Assembly: GCA_021157845.1 (NCBI GenBank)
Contig: JAGGVU010000003.1
Span: 1-32,000, forward strand
Length of the DNA: 32,000 nucleotides
Direction: 5' to 3'
Source of the DNA: Candidatus Aenigmatarchaeota archaeon
GTDB lineage: Archaea > Aenigmatarchaeota > Aenigmatarchaeia > GW2011-AR5 > JAGGXF01
In this document: positions 7,627 to 16,064 of the stretch, piece by piece
Layout of the letters: each line of letters begins with the position of its first letter
Position numbering within the stretch: the first letter of the stretch is position 1
Translations under genes and position numbers: made by a program
The notes under the pieces: generated by a model
The model's database searches: none
The model's input: the letters and a program-made list of their open reading frames with translations, nothing else
Told to the model about the DNA's origin: nothing

Positions 7627-7904
7627 GAACGTTCGTATGAATTAATAATCTTATCGTATTTTCCTGATATGAATCTTTCTTTTGCCAAATCTTTTCCATA
7701 CGATGAAAGTATCTTCTCGAGAAAAGACGAATAATATTCTTTTTCTTCATATAATTCTTTTAGGACAGTGTCTTTTCCTACTTTTATCGACCGGTTGATC
7801 AATTGTTTTTTCTCAGTAAGGTAAATAAATGTATTAGTAACTGCAATTGGAACTGTAATTGGTAGGGCCAAGAGTCCAACAATTTCTAACATATATATCA
7901 CCAT
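7623..7904 (-). CDS. Hypothetical small membrane-anchored protein
   Basis: 93-aa ORF with an N-terminal hydrophobic helix (LEIVGLLALPITVPIAV). Convergent with 7027..7626; the two stop codons overlap. Confidence 0.45.
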   Translation of the reverse strand: MVIYMLEIVGLLALPITVPIAVTNTFIYLTEKKQLINRSIKVGKDTVLKELYEEKEYYSSFLEKILSSYGKDLAKERFISGKYDKIINSYERS

Positions 7905-7933
7905 TATTTAATTAATACAAAACTAATTTAAAT

Positions 7934-8515
7934 TTAATTTTTCCCAGTGAGTTTCTTTGCATAGCTCATCCTCTGGATAACCGTGAAATGCGACAGCAGT
8001 GCACAGACTATTACGGAGTAATGCAGGCCTGGTCGAAAGTAGTAGTAAATCAGTGAGCCAGCCACAAGCAGCAGCAGTTTTTCCTGCCTTTCTGCCAGGC
8101 CAACTGCTTTAGTCCACATGCCTGTCACAGATTCGGCCCGTGCGCGTACGTAAGATGACATTAGCATACCAACCATACATATCAAAATCCAGAATGATGT
8201 TGAAAACCCTCCCATTAATATTCCCAAAAGAATCAGAAATTCGTTGTACCTGTCCATAACAGGGTCTAAAATTTTACCAAATTTTGTTGGTTTCGTTTCA
8301 CGCGCAACAGCACCGTCCAGCATATCGACAAATCCAGCTAATAAGATGGATAACGCGCCGTAAAATGGATTTCGCAAAAAGCCATACGTGTACAGCGATA
8401 GTAGGCCGAACAAAAGCGTTAGAACAGAAATCTGGTTAGCTGTAAAAATTTTTGACAAAGTTCGGCCAAATGGCTTCATGAATTTTTGTTCATATTTTCT
8501 GTATTTTCCTAACAT
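7934..8515 (-). CDS. CDP-alcohol phosphatidyltransferase family protein (archaeal polar-lipid head-group synthase)
   Basis: 193 aa, multi-TM. Family signature DMLDGAVARETKPTKFGKILDPVMD (D-x2-DG-x2-AR-x7-G-x3-D-x3-D). Confidence 0.85.
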   Translation of the reverse strand: MLGKYRKYEQKFMKPFGRTLSKIFTANQISVLTLLFGLLSLYTYGFLRNPFYGALSILLAGFVDMLDGAVARETKPTKFGKILDPVMDRYNEFLILLGILMGGFSTSFWILICMVGMLMSSYVRARAESVTGMWTKAVGLAERQEKLLLLVAGSLIYYYFRPGLHYSVIVCALLSHFTVIQRMSYAKKLTGKN

Positions 8516-8569
8516 ATTAATATTTACTTAAATGGTAATGTTTTTATTGTTTGACATTTTATATTTAGC

Positions 8570-9223
8570 ATGCTTAACAGATTTGATATGCATATGCATA
8601 CAAACTTTTCAGACGGTTTGAACACAGTAAAGGAAATGATAGCCAAATCTATGAGGATCGGATTAAAAGGCATAATGATATCAGATCATGATACTGTCCA
8701 GTCTTTTATATTTGCCAAAAAAATTTTGCAAAAACTAAAAGAAAAATACAACAGGCCTGACTTCATTCTTATACCAGGTGTTGAAATTACGACAGCTGAA
8801 GGAGATATTTTGGCAATAAATGTCAAAAAAACATTTTCTGGTTCTGTAGAAGAAGTTATTGATAAAATACATGATGCTGGCGGTCTCGCATCTGCTGCGC
8901 ACCCGTTTGGAGGATATTGGCCAAGAGCTTTTGCAGACCACTTCGACGATTTAAAGAACAAGTTTGACGCAATAGAAGTTCTTAATGGTGGCGTTTCTGC
9001 TGAGGGAAACATGTTGGCTTTAAAGCTTGCTAAAAAATATAACCTTCCTCATACAGCAGGTTCAGATGCGCATTTTGTTGATAATGTTGGAACAGCATAC
9101 ACACTTGCAAATGCATCAACTATAGAAGAATTTGTGAAGGAGTTAAAGGCTGGAAAAACGCATGTTGGAACAACACTAAAGGATTTAATGCCAATCGCGA
9201 GGAAAGAAAATGAAGAAAGCTGA
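8570..9223 (+). CDS. PHP-domain metal-dependent phosphoesterase
   Basis: 217 aa. DMHMHTNFSDG at the N-terminus, ISDHD, AAHPFG and GSDAH motifs typical of the PHP fold. Its 3' end overlaps the next gene by 14 nt. Confidence 0.85.
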   Translation: MLNRFDMHMHTNFSDGLNTVKEMIAKSMRIGLKGIMISDHDTVQSFIFAKKILQKLKEKYNRPDFILIPGVEITTAEGDILAINVKKTFSGSVEEVIDKIHDAGGLASAAHPFGGYWPRAFADHFDDLKNKFDAIEVLNGGVSAEGNMLALKLAKKYNLPHTAGSDAHFVDNVGTAYTLANASTIEEFVKELKAGKTHVGTTLKDLMPIARKENEES

Positions 9224-9698
9224 TTTTTTAACTATGTTAAATGCTTTGTCCGGATTTCTGTCTATTTATCATATTCTGCTGACTAACTATAGTGCAGCAT
9301 GTATTTTCATGCTTTTGTCTGTTGTTCTTGATTATATGGACGGGTTTGTCGCAAAAAAAGGAAAGCCGACAGCATTTGGGAAAGAATTAGATTCTTTGTC
9401 AGATATTATATCATTTGGCGTGGCACCGGCTCTTTTTTGTATTGTTTTCTTAGTTGAGTCTGAATATCCTTTACTGTCACTCTTGCCCGGCCTTCTAATT
9501 TTGGCCGGCATATACAGGCTTGCACGGTATAACGTAACAGATCAGTCAAAGAAATTTATTGGCATGCCAATAACAATGAATGGCTTGATAGTTCCTTTTT
9601 TACATTTCACACATATGACAAACTATTTGATAATTTTTGTGTATATAATATTGAGTTCCTGCCTGATGGTAAGTCGGATTAGAATAAAAAGGCGATAA
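9210..9698 (+). CDS. CDP-alcohol phosphatidyltransferase family protein (PssA-like, short)
   Basis: 162 aa, multi-TM. Signature DYMDGFVAKKGKPTAFGKELDSLSD, with Lys where Arg is usual. Followed by FGVAPA, as in archaetidylserine/phosphatidylserine synthases. Confidence 0.8.
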   Translation: MKKADFLTMLNALSGFLSIYHILLTNYSAACIFMLLSVVLDYMDGFVAKKGKPTAFGKELDSLSDIISFGVAPALFCIVFLVESEYPLLSLLPGLLILAGIYRLARYNVTDQSKKFIGMPITMNGLIVPFLHFTHMTNYLIIFVYIILSSCLMVSRIRIKRR

Positions 9699-9699
9699 A

Positions 9700-10383
9700 A
9701 TGTTCTCAATTGTTATGCCTGCTTTTAACGAGGAAAAAAATATTAAGGTCTTATTAAAGGAGTTACTGCAATTTCGCAAAACATATAAGGAAAAATTTGA
9801 ACTTATTATAATAGATGACGGCTCAACAGATAGCACAGGAAAAATAATTGACTCATTTTCAAAAAAATACAATTTCATACGGTCAATCCACTTCAGAGCC
9901 AATAGAGGAAAAGGTTATGCGATTCCTATTGGTATAAAAAAAGCCAGATATAACAAAATAATCTTAATGGACGGGGACGGACAACATAGTGTTTCAGATA
10001 TACCAAAGCTGCTTGGCATGTTAAAGAAAAATGATTTTGTAATAGGTCAGAGAAATTTCAGGAAAATGCCTATACAGAGAAGGGATTCAAACAGATTATC
10101 TTCCTTGGCGCTTTATCTGACAAAAAATGTGCGGATAAAGGACGTTTTGTCAGGTTTCAGGGCACTTAGGAAAGATGCGTTTGAGGATGCTGATTACGAA
10201 ACAAAGGGGTATGAAATAGAAATAGAAATGATAGAGAAGGCGATTGATAAAAGACTTAGAATAGGTCGTGTTGATATAAAGACAATTTACTCAAGAGGCA
10301 GCAGAATGCCACTTATAAAAAGTATACAATTTATATTTTATTTAGCAAAAAAGGTTTTACATTCATTTTTGAGAAGGTGGTAA
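9700..10383 (+). CDS. Family 2 glycosyltransferase (dolichyl/polyprenyl-phosphate glycosyltransferase-like)
   Basis: 227 aa. IVMPAFNEEKNI, IIIDDGSTDST and LMDGDGQH motifs of GT2 Dpm1/GtrB-like enzymes. Confidence 0.85.
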   Translation: MFSIVMPAFNEEKNIKVLLKELLQFRKTYKEKFELIIIDDGSTDSTGKIIDSFSKKYNFIRSIHFRANRGKGYAIPIGIKKARYNKIILMDGDGQHSVSDIPKLLGMLKKNDFVIGQRNFRKMPIQRRDSNRLSSLALYLTKNVRIKDVLSGFRALRKDAFEDADYETKGYEIEIEMIEKAIDKRLRIGRVDIKTIYSRGSRMPLIKSIQFIFYLAKKVLHSFLRRW

Positions 10384-10384
10384 A

Positions 10385-10729
10385 GTGTTCAAGCAGGTCA
10401 TAGTTGTCAGAGATGATTTGAAACTGTCAAAAGGAAAGCTTGCAGTACAAGTTGCGCACGCCTCTCTATGTGCATACAGAAAAGCATCTAAGTTAATTAA
10501 AAAATTATGGGAGTTGGAAGGCGAGAAAAAGGTTGTTCTTCATGTTAAAAATTTAGAGCAATTAAAAAAAATAAAAGCAAAAGCAGATAAACTAAAACTA
10601 AAAACCTGTTTAATAGCAGATGCTGGAAGGACAGAACTGAAAGCAGGAACAATAACTGCTTTGGCAATAGGTCCTAATAGGGAAGGAAAAATAGACAAGG
10701 TTAGCGGTTCTTTGCCACTACTGTCTTAA
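10385..10729 (+). CDS. pth2: Peptidyl-tRNA hydrolase, archaeal Pth2 type
   Basis: 114 aa, GTG start. KQVIVVRDDLKLSKGKLAVQVAHAS ... ADAGRTEL ... TALAIGP is the typical Pth2 layout. Confidence 0.9.
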   Translation: MFKQVIVVRDDLKLSKGKLAVQVAHASLCAYRKASKLIKKLWELEGEKKVVLHVKNLEQLKKIKAKADKLKLKTCLIADAGRTELKAGTITALAIGPNREGKIDKVSGSLPLLS

Positions 10730-11400
10730 ATTATACCTTCTATTTCTTTCAGGCTGTTTATCTCATAGTCAGGCTTTGCATTCTGAATATGATTGGTTTT
10801 TATATGTTTTGTATGGTAGTGAGTCATTTCTTGACCAAACTTGCAATATATAGTTTTGAGACCAAGCTTTTTAGCTGATTTTATATCCTGAACAGGATTA
10901 TCACCTATTGAAAAGCAATTTTCAGGACGAACATTAAACTTTTCCAACCCCTTTCTAAAATGCTTGCCTTTTGCTTTTAGCGCTTTCACATCATCGCATG
11001 CTATTATAAAGTCAAAAAGATTTTTCATTTTTACATAATTAATACGGAGCAAGATAACTGGCCTGACAGCGTTTGTTGCTAAAATATTTTTACAACCTTT
11101 TTTTCTGACATATCTTAAAATTTCTTTTGCATGTGGAACTAAAATCATTTTTCCAAGATTTTCTCTTTGGCATTTTTTCCAGTCTATTCCCAGTTTTTTG
11201 CAATGCAGAACATAGTTGTGCCACTTCCACGTATTTTCCACTGTTTTCAAGTAGTCATGATAAATCTTTTTTGCTTCTCTCAAAGGAATTGCTCTTTTTT
11301 TAGCAATTTCTTTTTCCATTGCTTCACATACAGCTTTGTCTAATTTCGACTCGTCTGCCAGTGTTCCTGTCCAGTCCCAGAATACAAGCTTCGATTCCAT
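10726..11400 (-). CDS. HAD-superfamily hydrolase
   Basis: 224 aa. Motif I LVFWDWTGTL (Thr in place of the second Asp, dehalogenase-like), motif II ATNAV, motif IV SIGDNPVQDI. Confidence 0.75.
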   Translation of the reverse strand: MESKLVFWDWTGTLADESKLDKAVCEAMEKEIAKKRAIPLREAKKIYHDYLKTVENTWKWHNYVLHCKKLGIDWKKCQRENLGKMILVPHAKEILRYVRKKGCKNILATNAVRPVILLRINYVKMKNLFDFIIACDDVKALKAKGKHFRKGLEKFNVRPENCFSIGDNPVQDIKSAKKLGLKTIYCKFGQEMTHYHTKHIKTNHIQNAKPDYEINSLKEIEGII

Positions 11401-11434
11401 TTTAGTTAATACGCAGGAAATCTTTATAATTCTT

Positions 11435-12376
11435 TTAGAATAAATCTTTCAGATATATTTTATATTTTCCAAGTCTTCCTCCAAAATTGACAGATGAAAC
11501 GCCAAGAACACCTCGTATATCTGAAACAGTTTCTATAACTTCTTTCATCGCAGTTTTTACCACATCTATATTTATCCCGTTTATTATGGTTTCAGGTATA
11601 GACGTAATGCCTTCTGGCACTTCTGAATCAGGTATTTTATTTCTTAGTGTCGGACAATATCGCTGGTTGGTGGTAGGGCCTATTGCTTTATACTCCTCAC
11701 CAAGCTTTGTTCCTTTATATTTTTCAGCCATGTCCGAGCCAAGCTTTGAGGCACCGCCACATATCTCAAACGGCGCAATTGCTCCCTCAACCTTTCTGAC
11801 AGCTTTTGTAACCTTTCTTGTCAACTCACCCTCAGAAAGTTCGTTATTACAGAAATATAAAATATCTCCCCCAGCTATACCCTTTCCCAGGCCAAGGCCA
11901 TTCTCTATGTAGAAATCTCCTCTAGCCAAAGGAATTTTTATCATCTCTCTTCCGTATTTTTTTACCAGTTCTTGGTGCCCGTCACCACAAAAACCGACAT
12001 TTTTCATTATATCATATTTTTTCTCACAATCTCTATTATAATCAAAAATAGCAGTTCCGAGCCTGATAAGTGTTCCCTGTCTGATTCTTTCACCTATTGT
12101 CAGTTTTTTGGATTTATGTCTTCTGTATATTTGAACCCGTACCCCCTCTCTGCCATCAGGTGTTTCCTCTTTACATAGGCGTTTCTCTATCCCTCCTTCT
12201 GTTCCTCCTATAACTAAAGCAGACGGCCTCGTTGTTTCTTGTGCAGCATTTATTAGAATAAGCGGATCGTTTGCAGTTATGTCAAATCTCACAAATTCTG
12301 TTTCAAACAGTTCAGAATAAGCATCAGCGTTGACCTCTAGGTCTCCAACATGAAAACTATTTTTAAATAATGACAT
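11435..12376 (-). CDS. ftr: Formylmethanofuran--tetrahydromethanopterin N-formyltransferase (Ftr) family
   Basis: 313 aa. Many segments match my recollection of methanogen Ftr: ETPDGREGV, FCGDGHQ, IKIPLARGDFYIE, GIAGGD, VEGAIAPF, GGASKLGS, RYCPT, VPEGI, INGI and the C-terminal NFGGRLGKYKIYLKDLF. Confidence 0.85.
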   Translation of the reverse strand: MSLFKNSFHVGDLEVNADAYSELFETEFVRFDITANDPLILINAAQETTRPSALVIGGTEGGIEKRLCKEETPDGREGVRVQIYRRHKSKKLTIGERIRQGTLIRLGTAIFDYNRDCEKKYDIMKNVGFCGDGHQELVKKYGREMIKIPLARGDFYIENGLGLGKGIAGGDILYFCNNELSEGELTRKVTKAVRKVEGAIAPFEICGGASKLGSDMAEKYKGTKLGEEYKAIGPTTNQRYCPTLRNKIPDSEVPEGITSIPETIINGINIDVVKTAMKEVIETVSDIRGVLGVSSVNFGGRLGKYKIYLKDLF

Positions 12377-12464
12377 ATCTATAATTATGTTTTATCTTAA
12401 TAAAAAATTTTTTGTCAATTTTTGCCGCTTCTTTTAATAGCATGGATAGCAGAAATAGCCAGCC

Positions 12465-12728
12465 TTACCTGTAAATCTTGTCGTGATGATCATAATCTTC
12501 AAAAGAAATTACTTTATTAATATGATTAATTTTAAATATTAAAACAAAATGGCCTATATGCACTCTTTTTATTCCTTTCATACTGTGGTGAAGATCTTTG
12601 TATCTATGTTTTGGGTGACTAATGATCCAGTCAATCTTTTTACAGACATTTTGATAATGATTGGCATCCTTCTTTTTAAGCTTGACTAATTTTCTAGTTA
12701 TCTCTTCACTATACCTGTCAATATACAT
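12465..12728 (-). CDS. RelE/ParE-superfamily type II toxin
   Basis: 87 aa. Layout KLVKLKKKD...KKIDWIISHP...KDLHHSMKGIKRVHIGHFVLIFKINHINKVISFEDYDHHDKIY matches RelE/YoeB-like toxins. Sits 6 nt downstream of a small RHH-like gene. Confidence 0.75.
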   Translation of the reverse strand: MYIDRYSEEITRKLVKLKKKDANHYQNVCKKIDWIISHPKHRYKDLHHSMKGIKRVHIGHFVLIFKINHINKVISFEDYDHHDKIYR

Positions 12729-12734
12729 CTATTA

Positions 12735-12971
12735 TTACCTTGTCGCCTTAACAAATTCTTCTCTGGAAATATGTCTTCCTTTCATAATCTTTTGTAATTT
12801 CTTTCTGTAATCAGGTCTAAGCTCAGGTTCTAAAAAATTTTCTTCGTATTCTGTTACCACAAGATTTATTGCCTCAGATTTAGTTCTAAGACCGTGTTTA
12901 GCCTTCACAATGTTAAGGACACGATTTGTCTCTTCATCTATATTTATCATTGCCTGTACCATATATATCAC
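12735..12971 (-). CDS. Ribbon-helix-helix-like antitoxin
   Basis: 78 aa or fewer (alternative ATG starts at 12962 and 12950). INIDEETNRVLNIVKAKHGLRTKSEAINLVV has the strand-helix-helix pattern of CopG/RHH antitoxins. An AT-rich, TATA-laden upstream region follows (12972-13010). Confidence 0.65.
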   Translation of the reverse strand: MIYMVQAMINIDEETNRVLNIVKAKHGLRTKSEAINLVVTEYEENFLEPELRPDYRKKLQKIMKGRHISREEFVKATR

Positions 12972-13024
12972 ATATATATGTATATACTTGCTATATATAA
13001 AGTTATCGAGTTGCCTCTTTTAAT

Positions 13025-13915
13025 CTATATGTTACAGGAAATTATTCTCGCTATTTCGCCGACAACAGAAATCTTTGAGATTTCTGAAGGAATTGTATCA
13101 GTGGATAAGAACAAATCTGATTTTTCTCTCACCTTTTTCAGGCAATTTCCCAAAAGGAGTGGATGAACAACTATGGCGATTTTTCTTTTTGGCTTTTGCC
13201 CTAAAATATCAAGCGCGTTTACAAGTGTCCCGCCGCCAGCAGCCATGTCATCAATTATTACAACATCTCTTCCACTTGTTTCTATGTTCAGCTTATCAAT
13301 TGTTTTTATTTCACCTGTGTCGCGGTTCCGCTCTTTTTTAAGAGAATCATATTCAGCGCCAACAATATCAGCAATTTCTTTTGCCCATGTCCCGGCTTTT
13401 TCATCAGGTCCGATTATCGCAGGATTTTCCAAGTTCATATTCCTTAGATATGCACTAATAGCTTTAAAACCAGATACGTTATACATATCAATTCCATAGT
13501 TATCCACAACACCTTCTTCAGGGTGAAAGTGGCAACTAACAGTTATAATTTTCTCAGCGCCTGCGTCTTTTATCATATCTACGACCCATTTGGCTGATAA
13601 TGGTTCGCCTGGCCTGAAAATTTTGTCTTGCCGGGCATATGGGAGATATGGACAGATAAAATTAATTTTTTTTGCTCCGGCACTTTTCAGAATTTTGATT
13701 GCTAATATGCTTTCCATAAGGTATTTATTCATGTCCAGTGGTCTGTCTGGCCTGTTGACAAATAAAACTTCTTGGTATTTTATTTTATCAATATCAAGGA
13801 TTCTCGGCCTTAGTTCTCTATCTGGAAAAACCTTTTTTTCTATCTCTATTAGCTCGATATTCAAACGATTTTTTAACTCTTCTACGAATTCGTCTTTCGG
13901 GCCGACTAAAATCAT
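13025..13915 (-). CDS. prs: Ribose-phosphate pyrophosphokinase (PRPP synthetase)
   Basis: 296 aa. FPDRELRPRI, YLPYARQD and the PRPP-binding loop VVIIDDMAAGGGTL. Its start overlaps the upstream gene's stop (13912-13915). Confidence 0.9.
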   Translation of the reverse strand: MILVGPKDEFVEELKNRLNIELIEIEKKVFPDRELRPRILDIDKIKYQEVLFVNRPDRPLDMNKYLMESILAIKILKSAGAKKINFICPYLPYARQDKIFRPGEPLSAKWVVDMIKDAGAEKIITVSCHFHPEEGVVDNYGIDMYNVSGFKAISAYLRNMNLENPAIIGPDEKAGTWAKEIADIVGAEYDSLKKERNRDTGEIKTIDKLNIETSGRDVVIIDDMAAGGGTLVNALDILGQKPKRKIAIVVHPLLLGNCLKKVREKSDLFLSTDTIPSEISKISVVGEIARIISCNI

Positions 13916-15357
13916 CTTCTCGCCTCCTCAACAGAAATTACAAGATAGTCACATTTTTCATCATTATCCTCAAAAATTATTTTATAGGTTTTCAGAAATT
14001 TTATAAAATTATCTTTTATTTCAAAACATTCTTTATCATCTTTTGGGCATGGTGGCAAACAGCTGTCTACTATGACCGTGGTCGTATTAGTCAGGTTAAA
14101 TATTCTTTTTGCATCATCCAGTTGGTTTATATAAAGAAGATTCACGTCTTTTAGATAATTAACAGCAATTTTATTTAATTTTGATGATTTCCAACTGTTA
14201 ATAATCGCTATCTTATTATTCGTATAATATCCAGCAGCCATATTTGTTGTCATAATAGTTCCGTTGAACTTGGTTTCTCTTATAAAGTTATAGAAATTCC
14301 CCCTTTCTGGTGTTTTGTCTGCTTCATTAAGCATACCAACTGTTTGAACAAAAAACGCAACAAATAAAAATATCATAAAATAGTTAAAAACTGATTTCAG
14401 CTTAATTTTTTTACGTAACTTTTCAATACCATATGCAGAAAGCATTGCAAGGTAGGGCAGGAAAATTATTGAGTATCGGAGTTCTTTATGTACAAGAAGT
14501 GTAAAATAAGAGAAAAACAAGGCAAGTATTAAGAACAAGGTTAGTTTTATTTTGTGTTTGTAGTCTTTTGATTTAAAGAAATAAATTAATCCGGCTATAG
14601 AGAATATGAAAAAATAATTTGAAATAGGCAACCGGCGAAAATAGTAAAATAATCCGGAATCATAATACCACGCAGTAGTTTTCATTATATATCTTGCTTT
14701 TTCAAAAGGCAACAGCATATTTGAGTATGCAATATGATTATATAATAAATAGGGCGATAATACTAAGCCAAAGCCCAAGATCAGCACTAACAAATTTTTT
14801 CTTTTTTTTCTTAATAGTAAATATAAACAAAGGGACACAAAAACAATACCCTGCGGAAATTTTGTTAGAAAAGCCAACCCAGCTGTTATTCCAGCAAGGA
14901 ACATATTTCTTTTGCTATTTTTTCCTGTTATCAGGTAGATAGAAACCAAAGCCAGCATAGTTGAAGGTATGTCAGTCAAAAGTTTATCTGAAAAAAATAT
15001 GAATTGGTAGGTTATGCCAACTAAAATCATTGAAATTATTCCAATGTTTCTGTTGAATATCCTTGAAGCCAGCAAATAGCTTACCCATATAGTAGCCAAC
15101 GAAAACAAGATAGCAAATATTCGTCCAAAAAGAAGTTGATCAGCCCCAACTTTCCATAAGACGCCTAAGAACAGCGGATAAACAGGTGGTCTCAGAGATT
15201 CAAAAAACCCAATCTCTCCATGAGACATGCAATATTTTCCAATAGATATGTAAACAGATTCATCTGTCCATAAAGGCTTATACCTTTGGGAGAAGAAAAA
15301 AAAAGTATAAGCTACTAAAAAAACAAGAAGTATTAGCTTTGGGTTTATTTTACTCAT
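13912..15357 (-). CDS. GT-C fold membrane glycosyltransferase (GT39/ArnT/PMT_2-like)
   Basis: 481 aa. About 11 or more hydrophobic helices, WTDESVY (DE motif) in the first extracytoplasmic loop, soluble C-terminal domain of about 110 aa. Confidence 0.7.
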   Translation of the reverse strand: MSKINPKLILLVFLVAYTFFFFSQRYKPLWTDESVYISIGKYCMSHGEIGFFESLRPPVYPLFLGVLWKVGADQLLFGRIFAILFSLATIWVSYLLASRIFNRNIGIISMILVGITYQFIFFSDKLLTDIPSTMLALVSIYLITGKNSKRNMFLAGITAGLAFLTKFPQGIVFVSLCLYLLLRKKRKNLLVLILGFGLVLSPYLLYNHIAYSNMLLPFEKARYIMKTTAWYYDSGLFYYFRRLPISNYFFIFSIAGLIYFFKSKDYKHKIKLTLFLILALFFSYFTLLVHKELRYSIIFLPYLAMLSAYGIEKLRKKIKLKSVFNYFMIFLFVAFFVQTVGMLNEADKTPERGNFYNFIRETKFNGTIMTTNMAAGYYTNNKIAIINSWKSSKLNKIAVNYLKDVNLLYINQLDDAKRIFNLTNTTTVIVDSCLPPCPKDDKECFEIKDNFIKFLKTYKIIFEDNDEKCDYLVISVEEARR

Positions 15358-16064
15358 TCAAAGCCCTCGCAAAGTTCCCATTGCTTTTTATAAAGTGGGC
15401 AAATTTGCTTTAGAATTTCTTTTTTTGACATAAATTTCTCAAATTTTTTTTCTTCTATTATAAGAATGGGGTATGATGATACTGATGATATATTGTACAT
15501 GGTTTTTAATATGCGTACGTTAGGCTCGTCCAGATTCGCGTCTATGGGAAATACAAGCAGCTGGTCTCCAAAATTGCTTTTTAGATATGATAAAATAAAT
15601 CCCTGATCCTTGCACGATTCGCAGTCAGTTGTATAAAAATAAAGTATATTAACCAAATCTGTTTTGCATATTTTTTGACTCTTTTTAGCTAAAATCCAGT
15701 ATCTGAGATTAGCGATTGTGTATTGCCTTTTTAGATTTATATAGTCCTCGTCATTTATATTTCCGTTTGTTTCGTATGACTCTATTTTTTTCAGAATGGG
15801 GTCAAGTGTTCTCAAATTGTTTTCCAATATTCCAAGAATAACGGCACAACTCTCGTTCTCACCTAATTGTTCTAGGAAAATATATTGAAGCTGAAGGCTG
15901 TTAAACTCGGTTTCCTGCTCTTTTGCCAATTTTTCCATACGCTTATATCTATTGTTTTCTATATTTATGCCGGTGAGAATGCCGAGCATGAACACAGCCA
16001 CAGTTATAATAACTGCCAGCATATATCTTGCCTTTTTCATATTTCTTTTTTCTTTGTTAGCCAT
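15354..16064 (-). CDS. Membrane-anchored thioredoxin-fold protein (CxxC)
   Basis: I prefer the start at ATG 16062-16064 (MANKEKRN...), which shares one base with the upstream stop codon (TAATG). One TM (MLAVIITVAVFMLGILTGI), then YFYTTDCESCKDQ ... YPILII, a thioredoxin/DsbA-like pattern. Confidence 0.6.
   Translation of the reverse strand: MANKEKRNMKKARYMLAVIITVAVFMLGILTGINIENNRYKRMEKLAKEQETEFNSLQLQYIFLEQLGENESCAVILGILENNLRTLDPILKKIESYETNGNINDEDYINLKRQYTIANLRYWILAKKSQKICKTDLVNILYFYTTDCESCKDQGFILSYLKSNFGDQLLVFPIDANLDEPNVRILKTMYNISSVSSYPILIIEEKKFEKFMSKKEILKQICPLYKKQWELCEGFE

Noticed and set aside
3636-7904. Calling the tRNA-flanked island an integrated virus or plasmid.
   Set aside because: There is no integrase, no capsid or replication gene, and no duplicated tRNA 3' fragment (att site) that I could find by eye. 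It is kept only as an uncharacterised island.
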